Positions 39,660 through 52,959 of a stretch of DNA of 64,000 nucleotides are shown piece by piece. Within the stretch, counting starts at the first letter, position 1; every line of letters starts with the position of its first letter. Made by a program: the position numbers and the translations under genes. The DNA comes from Octopus vulgaris (Eukaryota), in NCBI GenBank assembly GCA_951406725.2, contig OX597815.1:61504001-61568000 (forward strand), in the 5' to 3' direction. The notes beneath the pieces were generated by a model, which did not search any database, was not told where the DNA came from, and saw only the letters and a program-made list of their open reading frames with translations.

Positions 39660-39770
39660 CAGAAATGGACGTGAACTGAAGTGAACACAACGCGCTGCTT
39701 GGTCCAGGAATCGAACTCACGGTCTATCGATAGTGAGTGCAACTCCTAGCCACAAGGCCACGTGCCTTCA
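39660..39770 (-). mobile_element. tRNA-derived SINE head
   Basis: Minus strand TGGCCTTGTGGCTAGG (A-box) and GAGTTCGATTCC (B-box), without a complete cloverleaf. Confidence 0.55.
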
Positions 39771-39772
39771 TG

Positions 39773-39825
<53 letters not shown>

Positions 39826-40822
39826 TATTATGTCAGAAGCAAAATTAAAAACTAGAATTAAAAGCTGGTTGTTGTGTGTGTTACCAATAAATCATTTTTG
39901 TTTGAAATATGTGTGTGCGTTTACATGTGTTTACATGTGTTTACGTGTGTTTACGTGTGTTTGTGTGTGTATGTCTGCTTTTATGCGTGCGTGTATGTGT
40001 ATGCGTGTGTGAGAGAGAGTATTTGTATTATTGTGTGTATGTTCACGTGTGCTTCTCTGTGTGTGTGTTTGTATTCTTGTGTGTTTGTGTGCCTGTGCGT
40101 GTATGTACGTTTCTATGTATTTGTACATGTGTGCGTTTGTGTGTGTGTTTAGGAGGCAATGGCAGGAGATGGTGATAATATAAAATCAAAGAAAAGATGA
40201 AAAGTTAATAGGAAAATATTAATCAATTCTTTTGATTTAAGAATTTTTTTTAATAGTTTTTTTTGGTGGTTATGTTTGTTTGTTTTGTATTATTGTTGTT
40301 GATACTATATTGGTTTTGAGCACACACATGCACACACACACATACACACATATGCATACAAACACATACATACACGCACGAGCATGCACAATGGCAAGCC
40401 TAGATGTACGCATGTTCATGCACTTATTCCAGCCTAAATATGTACGCAGTTCGCGCAAAATCATGCAGACATACACATACATACATATATACATGCACAC
40501 AAGCACACACACATGCATATACATATGTACATATATATATACATATATATATGCATGCATATGCACATGCACACACACATATACATATATATATGCATAC
40601 ACATGCTCTGGTTTAAGCAAATATGTATATAAACCAGCGTGAGTGTTAGCAAGCCTGTGTGTACTTCATTAAAGTATGTTTGCGTGTACTTGATTACAGA
40701 AAGAGTACAAAATTTGCTGATCGATTTAATGTTCAGCCGCTCTTCTTCTCTAAAAGTTTATTTTGTTGAAACAAAATTATTTTTTACAACGGCTATGAAA
40801 CACATATAGCAGCAGCAGTAGC

Positions 40823-40973
<151 letters not shown>

Positions 40974-41169
40974 AGAGCTGGTCTAACAACAGTGTGGTTG
41001 TTGGATATAAGAGGAATATGATTAATAATCAGGAGAGGAAGACTTGGAATAAAAGGAGAAAGCTATCCCTATATAAGACCTCTCGTTTAAACGCTGAAAG
41101 TGCAATGAATCTCGCAAAGGTTCAGCCAAGTGTCAGCTGATTAAATCGAGAAGTGCATTGAGCCAACGA

Positions 41170-41345
41170 GCCAAAAGCAGTTAATCTGACAGGTTTCATT
41201 GCATTTTCTGTCTACAAATCCATTCACAAGTACCTTTCCTGAGCCGCAGCTATGATGAGTGATACTTTCTTCAAGACGTCACGCAGTAGGATCGAACCTA
41301 AAAGCTAAAACAGACATAGTTTTGAAGCGAACTTCTTAACCACAG
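41170..41345 (-). mobile_element. decayed tRNA-derived SINE
   Basis: TGTGGTTAAGAAGTTCGCTTC...GGTTCGATCCTACTGCGTGAC on the minus strand. Confidence 0.55.
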
Positions 41346-42206
41346 GACCCCGTCTGAATCCATACAGGTTGTAGACCTTGGTAGGATGTGAACCCAAAGC
41401 GTGAAGGTACGCAACTAAAGACTGCAACCTATTTTATCCGACCTCGTACTTTGAATATTACTAATAGCTAATTTCAGATATTGAGCTAATAAAGTGTTTT
41501 CAATTGTTCACGGTGTTATACAGTGAAAGACATACACACATCCTCGTAGCTTGTAGGTAACCAGTGGTATAGAAATGAGACGGCCCTCACCATCCAAGAT
41601 TTTGCACTACCAGCAGCTCGTGGGTTCAAATATGTCATATGTGTTTCGTCAAGTCTTCTTTGGTAGGACGCTATATTTTATATTATTTTGGTTTAGTTGT
41701 GAACATGTTTTAACTCATCTGGAAATATTATCACCGTTAAACAAATGGGAAAGACATTTGATTTAAACTTGAGACAGTTACACGAAATTGCAACAAGAAT
41801 TACTACGTCTTTGTATAGATTTAACGATCGACAAATGAATAAGTATGGAAGATGATACCATGCCAGAAACGAATGAATACATTTCGTTTATGTAAACATA
41901 TTCGGTTTTGCGTTATAGTAATTGACCTCGTTAAAGTTGGAATTTGACCCAAAGTTTCTGAATAAGCTGAAATATGAATTCCTATATGAAATTTATTCTG
42001 TTATCTGATATTACGTGATGCCTATCCGTTGAAATGCAACCAATTTTGGCATAGTGGTTGTCTTGGAGTGAATATCAATGGAGCCATATCATTTCCCAAG
42101 ACTTGAACTCAGAACAACAAGCAAGCAAACAGTCGTTAATTGTGTAAAAAGTATTCACAGTGCTCCCACAATCGACTTGTGGCAACCTGTGGTTATAATT
42201 TTAATT

Positions 42207-42272
42207 TTATTTACATTATTTACAATTGACGGATATTTGTCCTCATCCGTCAATTGTAAATAATGCAAATAA
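42207..42272. repeat. hairpin, 28-bp arms, 10-nt loop
   Basis: TTATTTACATTATTTACAATTGACGGAT-atttgtcctc-ATCCGTCAATTGTAAATAATGCAAATAA, one mismatch. Confidence 0.85.
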
Positions 42273-42715
42273 TGTACATAATTCCTCATCTCTTAAATAT
42301 AGAATTGAATTTTAATTTTGTTTGGGCTTAAAATACTTTTATAATTATCGTGAGAACAGAATTTGATCTCACATCATAAATAAAGAGAAATGGGTTCAAT
42401 TAGAGATAAAAATCGGATCGTAGGATCGAATCTCCAGACAGGTTATCCTATGCTTCACAATATTTGTCACATCAATCAAGTTTGTCGTCTAAACCTCAAA
42501 CATCGCCATGACATTGTTGGAATTGAACCAACGACACTTGGATTGATTGTTCAAGTTGCAACGAAGTGTAAATAACAAACTTTAAAAAAAAAGTCGAATA
42601 TAATTGAAATTTTTGATCGGCAATCTCCCCCATTTGACCAGATTCGATTCCAATACTCATCACTGATCTTAAATCCCGCCTACCCTGTTTGGATATAACA
42701 CCAGAAGTCCACAGT

Positions 42716-42785
<70 letters not shown>

Positions 42786-43029
42786 CCTCTCTCCTCTCTC
42801 TCTGTCTCTCTCTCTCTTTCTTTTTTTTGATGAACGATGCAAAGCAGAACAAGCAAGAATATTCTCTGAACTCTTTTTGTTATCATATTTCTGTTAAAAT
42901 AACTGTCTTTATTCCAACTGATTTTGAAAATAATGAAGAATTTAGTAAAACAACTTTGTCATTATTAAGCCGGTGTTTAGGACATAAGTTAATATTAAAT
43001 TTTGATGGAAGATTTTCCTTGGGGTCATT

Positions 43030-43121
43030 TTAACCCATTTGTTACCATACTTGATTTCGAGAATCATGATTAAGCTGGTCCCAACGTCAGGCGTTGTCTC
43101 AGGTTAGTATCAAAAGGTTAA
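43030..43121. mobile_element. possible piggyBac-type MITE
   Basis: TTAA|CCCATTTGTTACC ... AGTATCAAAAGG|TTAA: TTAA on both sides with imperfect short TIRs. Confidence 0.4.
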
Positions 43122-44369
43122 ATAAGAGCCCATCAAGATAACGATTGTACCAAAATTCTCAGAAAAACATCTACATTCACCAAATGCTACCAAGTTATGG
43201 TCTGTTAATAAAACTCCTCCTAGCAGAATCCGATAAATTTCTTGCTTTTATATTTTGTTTTATTTTTATTCATATGATTTTATTTTTATTTTCATTCATA
43301 TTATTTTATTTTATTTTATTTTTGTACTATTATTTTTTTACAATTTGTTTTTGTAGCATTATTTTCCTTCTTCTTATTTTCTCTTTGAATTCCGAAGTCA
43401 GTGAACTGTGACGACGGTTCGGTTCACTTGGTCGTCATTTTCATATTAGTGACAGCAAGAATTTACCAAATTCGACTCAGCACCGATATGTAACAACACT
43501 GTAACAATATTTTATGAATATATGTTTGTTGTTTATTAGTTATTTATTTGAAATTTGTTATATCTATTTGTTATTCGTTTATTTATTTGTCTAGATTTCT
43601 TCAAAACAAAGAAACAAATACGTGAAAATATGAAAAACTATTTCCGATAAAAATCTAGTTTTAAACCTACTTCCATTTCCATCCACTCAACTTTGGGTTC
43701 CATTTTCCCTCATCTGCTGCCTCCATAATAAAATAAGATGGTGAGGAAACAAATACTCCAATACAGAAAAGGAGTGGGAAATAAGCTAACAAATGATCCT
43801 AACTACGTGGTCTTTCGACCTGCTAGAAATACACTCAAATCACTATTTACTGATTTAAAAATAGATTTTCATGTTGGATAATGTAGTCATGGATACAGTG
43901 AAAACAAACATGGAATGGTCACAAACGGAATGCCTTTGATGATAGGTCATGACGATCGAGGTTGACCTGGTGTTAAAGAATAACAAAGCTATATATATCA
44001 TGATTTATGTAGAAAATGAGGGCCTTTAACCAAGCGAGTAGTCTTTATATTTACATTTAACAGACATGGGTCATTTATTGAACAGACTTTCTTACACTTC
44101 ATATATTCACTGTGTGGATGCGCATAAAAATGTTTTGAAAACTTTATCATGGATAAACAAAAAAGAAAGAAAAGAAAAGATTCCACTTTTATCAAAATAT
44201 GCTACCGGCTTTAATCGTTTTAAGAGACTATTTAGTCAATCTGAAATAAAAGGGAAAATAAACTGAAATAAATTAAATTTATCTTTCATCACTTCTGAAA
44301 GTACACACATTTTTGAAAGGGAGAGAGATAGAGAGATGTTTGTTTGTTTATTTGTTTGCTTGTATGTGT

Positions 44370-44478
44370 GTATGTATATCATTATTCAGTTTTATTTCAA
44401 GATGTCTTGAAAGAGAAAGAGCCGGTTTCTAACCTAGATACAAGGCTCCGTCATTGGAATTTCAACAACATGAACAGG

Positions 44479-44509
<31 letters not shown>

Positions 44510-45362
44510 TGTATGTATGTATGTATGTATGTATGTATGTATGTATGTATGTATGTATGCTCATATATACTTAAAGTATAAACTTCTGGAAAGTTTTAGA
44601 TTTTTACAGTTCCAGTGATGGATTGGATCTGTAGTCTTCGAATCAGCTTTCTCCTTTTGGTTCGGAGAAGCTTAATTTCTCAAGATTGGTATTTAGGCAG
44701 TGTGTTACATATTCCAGTGCCCCTAAAATTACAGGTATAAACCTGAACTTGTAATTTGGATAGAGTAACTGCAGATTTCTCAATAGTTCAGCGTAGGTGT
44801 TCTGTTTGCACCAATACTCCTTTTTATTACGAGTTGCTATGGTTTCTACCGTAGTGTGGGATTCTTATTTCTTTGTCCTCAGAGTTATCTTTCTGGTGGA
44901 TTTCGTTATATAGTCTCCTAGCGACAACATCATGTAGATAATACCATAATGACATTTTCGGACAACTGCTTATGATGTGTGTGACATCTTCGATGTTAAC
45001 TCCACAGAGTTTGCATCGGTTGTCACATTTTACTGTTTTTCCTGCATCTCTGTCCCTTTTGTGCATCAGGTACTTGGTTGATATTTCCTGTTCCTGGCTT
45101 GCAAACGCATATCCTTCAAAGTGGGAGGTAGTAATCCAGTTGTTGGTCCATGATAGACTGCTTTAATGATCAATGTTACTATAATCTCGGAGCTTTCGGC
45201 TAGCATATCTGTGCATGGTCTTCTGTTCATATATGTTCATTCTTTCATCTGCTGATATGTTGCGGTAGAGTCCTGCGACTGCTTTGGGCATGTATTTAAG
45301 GTTATCAGACAAGGAATGCTGCTCAAGGAGTCTTCCGAGCCTTATGATGTCATCAGCCTCAT
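44370..45362 (-). mobile_element. RLE-type LINE 3' portion embedded in (CATA)n
   Basis: EGYAFASQEQEI, CKLCGVNIEDVTHIISSC (CCHC), HDVVA, FIPVILGALEYV; related to 17890-18560. (TATG)n at the 5' junction, inside the UTR and at the tail. Confidence 0.8.
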
Positions 45363-45426
45363 GTATGCAAACTTGTATGCAAAATGCATGCATGTATGTA
45401 TGTATGTATGTATGTATGTATGTATG

Positions 45427-45460
<34 letters not shown>

Positions 45461-45490
45461 TGTATGTATGTATGTATGTATGTATGTATG

Positions 45491-45530
<40 letters not shown>

Positions 45531-47319
45531 TATGCATGCGTCTGTGTGTTTAAATAGATAAAGATATAAATTTATGTAAGAATATTTGTATAAATAGATA
45601 CTCGCACGCGCTCACACACACATACCTGCGCATACACGCGCGCGAGCACACTCACAAAGATATTGTTAACAACACGGTAAACAAGCTTCAACTGACCAAA
45701 AATGCATCAGCTGAGATTTTGATTAAAAATACAACAGACCAGTATTAGTAAGGGGAGACAACCAAGAGCATCTACTTTTTATTAATGCCACCAGGTGATG
45801 TTAATATAGTTAATCTAAGGGAGATTTAGCCAAAACAATAGATGGATTTAAAACAAATATATTAACATATTTCAAGACAATTAGAGCTACGACCGATAGG
45901 GAATTTCACCTCTCATTCTGTAACATCATCAAAAATGTTTACTTCAAGATAAATTTAATGACTGATGAAGGAATACAAAGTTTCCCGTCAGTTATGACAA
46001 GAATCCGAAGGAATTCAGAAGTACGGAATATTACAGACATCGATCGGCAATGTGTTGTGATGTAGCTATATATGTGCAAACACGGAGATCTTGTGATGTA
46101 GCTGCCTGTTTAATTCTTTAATTCTTTATTTAAGACTGATTTCTTCCTTTCTGCACCTATACATATACCCACCATAAGCTGTACGAAATACATCCGGTCT
46201 GAGGATTTCATATATCAAATAATTTCTTCTAGATGTATAAATTTTAAAACCAACAAACAAAGCCATTTCTTATATTTTAGTAATCAATAATAAAGAATTA
46301 TTGACTTCGCAGTGTCTGTATTTTCGAAAACTATAGATCAATCATTCAAGGAATCGTTTAGACGTACCGAAGTTGGGTACATTAGACAGATAGATGGGGC
46401 TAGGTTACATAAATAAACAGCATTCGATCAAGTTCATATATTTTATGTTAATACATATACACATACTCACACACATACACGCATGCACATACACACACAC
46501 GCGCGCGCGTAGATTGGTGAGTGTTTGTGTCTACAAGTGAACCAAAATTGTACACAGTCATTAAAGAAGTGGATGTATATTTTCGTGGAAATTCTTGAAT
46601 AGTTACTTTTGGATTTCGCATTGATTGAATGAAGGAAGCAGCGTGACAATATATAACGAAAACTATTTGTAAAGACATCAAAATATGATTAGTCAGCGAG
46701 ACGTCTCTGGGTGTCAGAAATCATTAAAAATAAAATCACATATGTATTTAGCTGTCATCTCTTCTCAAGCAAAAAACAACCAATATATTCATGTATTCAG
46801 TATTATATGTGTAAAACACACGAAATGAAAGAATTAGGTTATTCTTACTGGAATTAAGAGGTGATGAACAGCTGAATGTGTATATTTAAATGTACTTCCT
46901 GATTATCTGGGAAACAAATCTATTAGCTGGGAAGCAAGCTACCGAGCTAACTGGTAGCTGTAAATATTTATTTATAATTCAAGTGTTTGAATAATCGGCA
47001 ACGTGAAACGCAGAGCTATGATTCAAGACTCATCAGCTTTTAAGTCACGAAGGCACATACGAAGACATACGCATGCACGAAAACATTCACGCATAAACAC
47101 ACAAGCACAAACACATATACAGGCATACACACACATACACTAACACAGACATATACGTATATATATTTTATATATATATGTGTATATATATATATATATA
47201 ATATACACATACGCACATATATAATAACATACATATATACATGTGTATGTATATTATACAGACACGTACAAACACATACACACATATATGAAAATATAGA
47301 CTTAGGCAAACATACTCCT

Positions 47320-47474
47320 ATATATAAGCATATACATGCATATACTCATACGCATATATATATATGCGTGTGTGTATGTATATATATATATATATGTATT
47401 TATATAAATATATATACATATGTATATATATATATCTGTTTATATGTATATATATAGAGATATATATAGATATA

Positions 47475-47534
<60 letters not shown>

Positions 47535-47562
47535 TATATACACACATATATATATATGTATA

Positions 47563-47630
<68 letters not shown>

Positions 47631-47688
47631 TATATGTATATATATATACATATATATATACACACATATATATATATGTATATATATG

Positions 47689-47774
<86 letters not shown>

Positions 47775-47821
47775 GTATATATATATATACATATATATAT
47801 ACACACACATATATATATATG

Positions 47822-47882
<61 letters not shown>
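47320..47882. repeat. compound (TA)n array with higher-order repetition
   Basis: TA tracts punctuated by a recurring CATATATATATACACACATATATATATATGTATATATATG block. Confidence 0.9.
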
Positions 47883-47884
<2 letters not shown>

Positions 47885-48016
47885 CTTTCTTCGTTTCCTT
47901 CTTTTTTTGTAGATTTCATGAGTTTTTTCTAAATGTCCTTTATATTTATTTTAAACTTTATTTAAATTTTATTGCGAGAATGTTCCAGAAGAGAGCCATG
48001 AAAGGGAACATTACCG

Positions 48017-48056
<40 letters not shown>

Positions 48057-48130
48057 CTAATTCTGACAATTTAATGTTTAGTCGTAAATGTCAAACTTTT
48101 GTCAAATGTTCACCTCTAACATTATTATTG

Positions 48131-48209
<79 letters not shown>

Positions 48210-48210
48210 A

Positions 48211-48440
48211 GGCGGCGAGCTGGCAGAAACGTTAGCGCGCCGGGCGATATGCTTAGTGTATTTCGTCTGCCGCTACGTTCTGAGTTCAAATTCCGCCGAG
48301 GTCGACTTTGCCTTTCATCCTTTCGGGGTCGATTAAATAAGTACCAGTTACGCACTGGGGTCGATATAATCGACTTAATCCGTTTGTCTGTACTCGTTTG
48401 TCCCCTCTATGTTCAGCCTTTTGTGGGCAATAAAGAAATA
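48211..48440 (+). mobile_element. full-length tRNA-headed CORE-type SINE with Tx1-like tail
   Basis: A-box TGGCAGAAACGTT, B-box GAGTTCAAATTCC, CORE-like GACTTTGCCTTTCATCCTTTCGGGGTCGATTAAATAAGTACC, tail ending AATAAAGAAATA; preceded by (ATT)n. Confidence 0.8.
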
Positions 48441-48454
48441 GGTATTTCACCTTT

Positions 48455-48606
48455 CGCTATGTCTTGAGTTCAAATTCCGCTAAAATCGACTTTACTTTTC
48501 ATCCTTTCGGATTCGATAAAATAAGTGTCAGTTGAATATTGGGGTCGATGTAATCGACTCATCCTCTCCCCTGAAATTGCTGCCCTTGTGACAAAATTTG
48601 AAACTA
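48455..48606 (+). mobile_element. second, head-truncated CORE-type SINE with a different tail
   Basis: GAGTTCAAATTCCGC...TTTCATCCTTTCGG...GGGGTCGATGTAATCGAC then CCCCTGAAATTGCTGCCCTTGTGACAAAATTTGAAAC. Confidence 0.75.
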
Positions 48607-48620
48607 TTATTATCATTATT

Positions 48621-48715
<95 letters not shown>

Positions 48716-48739
48716 CATCATCATTGCGTTCGGTATCTA

Positions 48740-49668
48740 GAATGTTGCCAGGCGCTAACTGCATTGTACCAGCTGCACAAAACCATTAGCGGGAAAACAA
48801 CCCAAGATTTTTATGGAGGGCTAGTTGAGAATATGAGCCATGGTGGCCCAGGATTGAATCTAAGCATTGACGAGAACAGTACCACAGGGAAGGGGACATT
48901 TCCTGTTCGTGACAAGCTCTTCAGGCATGGAAGAGCCAACAGCCGACCTTGCTCGAGATCCCTGCTGGGGGACGAAACCGTCTTGCATGCAATAATTTAG
49001 TGTCAGTGCATTAGAGAGTTATGAGATTGTGTGGAGCAGTGTAAGACGACTGTTGTCACGTGTACGACGAATTCAGTTGTCTGCCAAGTGTATAGTGAAG
49101 ATCAACGCACCACCTTCCTTTAACAGAGAAAGAAGGCAGACTTTTCTCTGCTTAGTGGCTGTGGCAAAAGAGGCTGTGTAGCGGACCCGTCTGAAAGGTT
49201 TGAAGACAGGTACATCCCTATCTGGTAAAGCCCTCATCAAGTTGAAGAAGGTGAGGGTAGAGAGGGAGGTGCTGCCTTCTAGTGTGTCTATCAAAAGGTG
49301 GTCGACAGTGGCAAGGCTGGTGAGACTGAATAGACCGACTCTGAGTATTCCTTTCTAAGCAGGAGAAAAGAAACTGGAAGAGGGCACTTTCTGATGCCTT
49401 GGAGATGTCAGAGTAATTCGGGATTTTTCCTGAAGTTTACCACGGATTACCGTAACTACCCCGGTATTGAGGATTTTGATTATTTATTTATTGATTTGCT
49501 ATTTATTTCTCTAATTTCTGTTATATATCCTCTATCATATCCTTTAATGTGGTAGTGTCTCCCTTTCATGGATGTAACCCCACCTGTTTTTGTTTTTGTT
49601 TTGTATTGTGTCCTGTAACTCGTCCTTCGATATTGTCTTCCATGGCCCTAGTGGCCAATAAAAGAAAT
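48740..49668 (+). mobile_element. Tx1 LINE 3' fragment with (ATT)n tail
   Basis: TTQDFYGGLVE, PVRDKLFRHG, DETVLHAII; ends GGCCCTAGTGGCCAATAAAAGAAATTATTATT. Confidence 0.75.
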
Positions 49669-50040
49669 TATTATTATTATCTCTAATTCACAGGTTTTTT
49701 TTGGAGATCCTAGAGTCTTGCATGCGTAGCGGGCTTACTACCTGCACCCTACGGTACCATGCTATTCGCTCTTTTCAGCTATCTAATACTTCCCTGATTA
49801 TTCTGGCCGTGCCAAGGAGGTAAACCTTTTGTAACAGTTCTACTGGGCACTCTATTCCAATTTCCTTTATATTCCTCTTCATGCCTTCTGATACTGTTCC
49901 CAAAGAGCCAACAATAATTGGCACTATGTTCATTTTTCCATAGCCGGGCTATTTCTTGCATTTATCTATCTTTTCGCCTTCCTTCTTGACTATTCGTGGG
50001 TCAAAGGGACATGCAACATCGACTATATAGCATATGTGGT
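49669..50040 (-). mobile_element. R4/Dong-like RLE LINE 3' fragment with (TAA)n tail
   Basis: EIARLWK..IVPIIVGSLGTV...LLQKVYLLGTARIIREVLDS*, then a UTR and GATAATAATAAT. Confidence 0.7.
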
Positions 50041-50101
50041 GCACAACCACTAGGTCTACTACCACTAGGTCCGGTCTTTTATGCTCCAGCACCTGATCTG
50101 T

Positions 50102-50475
50102 TTATTATTACCTCCACCTTAGCGAAGGCGGGTGTATTGTTTTCAGTCGCGTTTGTTTGTTTGTCCGTGGACGAGATATCTCAAGAAACGCTGGATGGAT
50201 TCGGATGAGACCTTTCAGGGATGTCTGACCTCGTAACTGGCACGAACTGATTAGATTTTGGGATCGATCGGGTACCATATAAGGATTCTGAATTATTTTT
50301 TCAGTTATTTTACTTAATTTTTAGGAGCGGTCGAGTTCATTTTTAGTATTTTCGTTTGTGAAAGCAGTCGAGTTTATTTCAGATATTCCCATTTTAAAAA
50401 TCATCTCTGACTAATCGTTGACAGGACGTTAGTGTTGCTTTGGCGGAGGTCTGCGCACTCCCCGATTGTTTCTTC
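50102..50475 (+). mobile_element. Helentron-associated non-autonomous element (HINE/DINE-like)
   Basis: TTATTACCTCCACC at the left and GGCGGAGGT at the right (subterminal inverted repeats), GTTT microsatellite near the left end, degenerate 3' hairpin GCGCACTC..GATTG. Confidence 0.6.
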
Positions 50476-51546
50476 CCCGTTTATTGCACCCTCTATATAC
50501 GGTGATCCCTTTCCACAACAGAAGAAAGGGAGAAGCAACTTCTTCTCACGTGTAAACCGACAGTTCCTGAATGACAAGTCAATTTCATAGGATTCTTAAT
50601 TCTTGAGATTATCTCACCATTCCATGCGGCATTTCTTTACTTTTCTTTTGAAGGAAAGTTTGATAAGTCGTGCTATCAGACGATGTGCCGTCAAATGGGA
50701 GAAATAAACATTTAAATTCATTCGTCCCCAACATATATAACAGGGATCCATTTTATCGTCACAGGATGGGCAACATCTCAAATCGATCTCAGTACGACTT
50801 TAAGCCAGAAATTTATGCAACTATGAACTGAAAACAATTAAGCTCGACTCTCCACAATCCCTACTACTTGCCCTAACCCTCTTCCTCCTCCATCTCCATA
50901 TTTCCCTACCTTCTCACCTCTCATCTACCACCACCGCTTCCTCTCCCCTTATCATAATATCGATATCAATAAAATCTCTTAACCCCTCCGCATGCGCAAC
51001 ACACAAAAACATTTTTATTTATTGATTAAAATAACAACACAAACAACAAACAAAAATCTGGTTTATTTTTCCTGACCAAAACAAATATTTGTAGATATTC
51101 TATTAAAATATTCAACATAAACAGACACACGTATTGTTGTGGTTGTTATTGTCGGTGGTGGTGGTGGTGGTGATAACTCTGTTGTTGTCGTTGTTGTTGC
51201 TGCGACTGTTGTTGTTGTAAGTGGTGTTGTTGTGGAGGTGATGGTCACGTATATTTTCTCCAAACTAATAAAGAAACATTTAAAAAAACAAAAAAAAATT
51301 GATTTCAATGTTGAAAATTAAAAAAAAATCTTCGTTGTATTAAATATTATTTTTCTGGTGGCTACATTAGTTTATATATACATATAACTACACACATATA
51401 CACACGCTTATGTATAGATATATATATGTGTATGTGTGTGTGTGTGTAGAGATGCATATATATATATATATATATATTCATATATATGTGTGTGTGTGTG
51501 TGAATGTATGAATATATATATATATATATATATACATATATATATT

Positions 51547-51678
<132 letters not shown>

Positions 51679-52009
51679 CGTATTTACATACACGCATACA
51701 TTACATATATATAAATACAGATACATATATGTGTATATATGATTCGTTTATTTTGTATTTCTTTAATTCGACTGTCTGAAAGAAAAATGAAAATTTTCTT
51801 GAAAAAAGTGAGTATGCTTGTGTGCATGTGTGTGTGTGTGTGTGGAATTATATGCATATGTATATAGATAGATACGTACATATAGACAATTACACACACA
51901 CACATATATATATACTCTTTACTCTTTTACTCTTTACTCATTTTAGCTCGAGAGCTGCGGCCATGCTGGGACACAGTTTTGATAGACTTTCATTACTTGA
52001 AACCTCTTC

Positions 52010-52855
52010 TGATATGTGGCATATGGTGAAAGAAGATGTTGCTGCCTTCATATGCGTTTCCTACCGCGTGGTAGGTTCATCTGGAACCCTTGACTAGAGG
52101 AGATCAAATTTTGTTTTGAAGACTCCTATATCTATGTAAATCTTTCAGACTTTTAGGAAGTACACTGAAGAGATGTAGGTACTTGAAACCCAAGCTGTTT
52201 GCAGTATCTGGCTCTGTATCTTGATGGTGATATTGGGATCTTTGGTAGTATTCAATGTCGTTCCGTTCCGGTGTTTGTGTAACTTTCAAGACCAAATTCT
52301 GATACAAGTCCTTCTAGGATTTTTCAGGTGTTTATCACTGCATATCTTTCCTGCCTTCGTCCTCGGAAGTTGAGTTTTAATTTTTTGAGCCTTTCCCAGT
52401 AGCTGACCTGTCGCATTGAGACGATCCTTTTTGAGTAGCTTTGCTGGATTGCTTCGAGTTCCGCCAGGTTTCCTACTTTCTCGTTCTGAAAATTCTAAGG
52501 ATCCATCCAGCATGTATTTTATTGCCAACTAAGTAATATGCACCTGAAAAGATGCATCTTTATTTATGTCAAAGCCCAGGGTGCGCACTTATTTTTATTC
52601 AGGAATTGGAATTCCTCCTGTGTTAGGCTATCCTGTCTGCATTTCATTCAGCTTCGAGTACTTGTAGCACTTGAAATTGAGAGCGTTTCGAGTGCTTGAA
52701 ATTTTCCAGCATTAGTCTGCATGTTATTGTTCCCAGCCCTCCTATGCATTGGGTGTGCGCAACATTTCTAGGGTTCTGTATCCTTTGAGAGCCTTTTGTA
52801 CATAGCTAGCAAGGGCAGCTATCTGAGCAGCTGAAGACATCTCTGAGAGAGCTAA
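52010..52855 (-). mobile_element. decayed CR1/L2-type LINE fragment
   Basis: IALSEMSS..ASY, NNMQTNAGKFQAL, LGFDINKDASFQVHI, NSLGF..LFSVLPKSLKDLH..FKTKFDL..VPDEP. Confidence 0.55.
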
Positions 52856-52959
52856 TATGAATATATACATATACATACATGCATACATACATACATACAT
52901 ACATACATACATACATACATACATACATACATACATACATACATACATACATACATACA

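Noticed and set aside
39690-39770. tRNA gene (also 17405, 21585, 48211)
   Set aside because: A and B boxes are present, but there is no complete cloverleaf and each continues into a SINE body.
45960-46200. Hammerhead at GACTGATGAAGG (and a similar one at 4370-4430)
   Set aside because: The GAAA half is mutated or misordered and the stems cannot be drawn convincingly.
47320-47882. CRISPR-like or coding periodic array
   Set aside because: Only TA/CA slippage with a duplicated block; no unique spacers, eukaryotic context, and tract lengths may be assembly-dependent.
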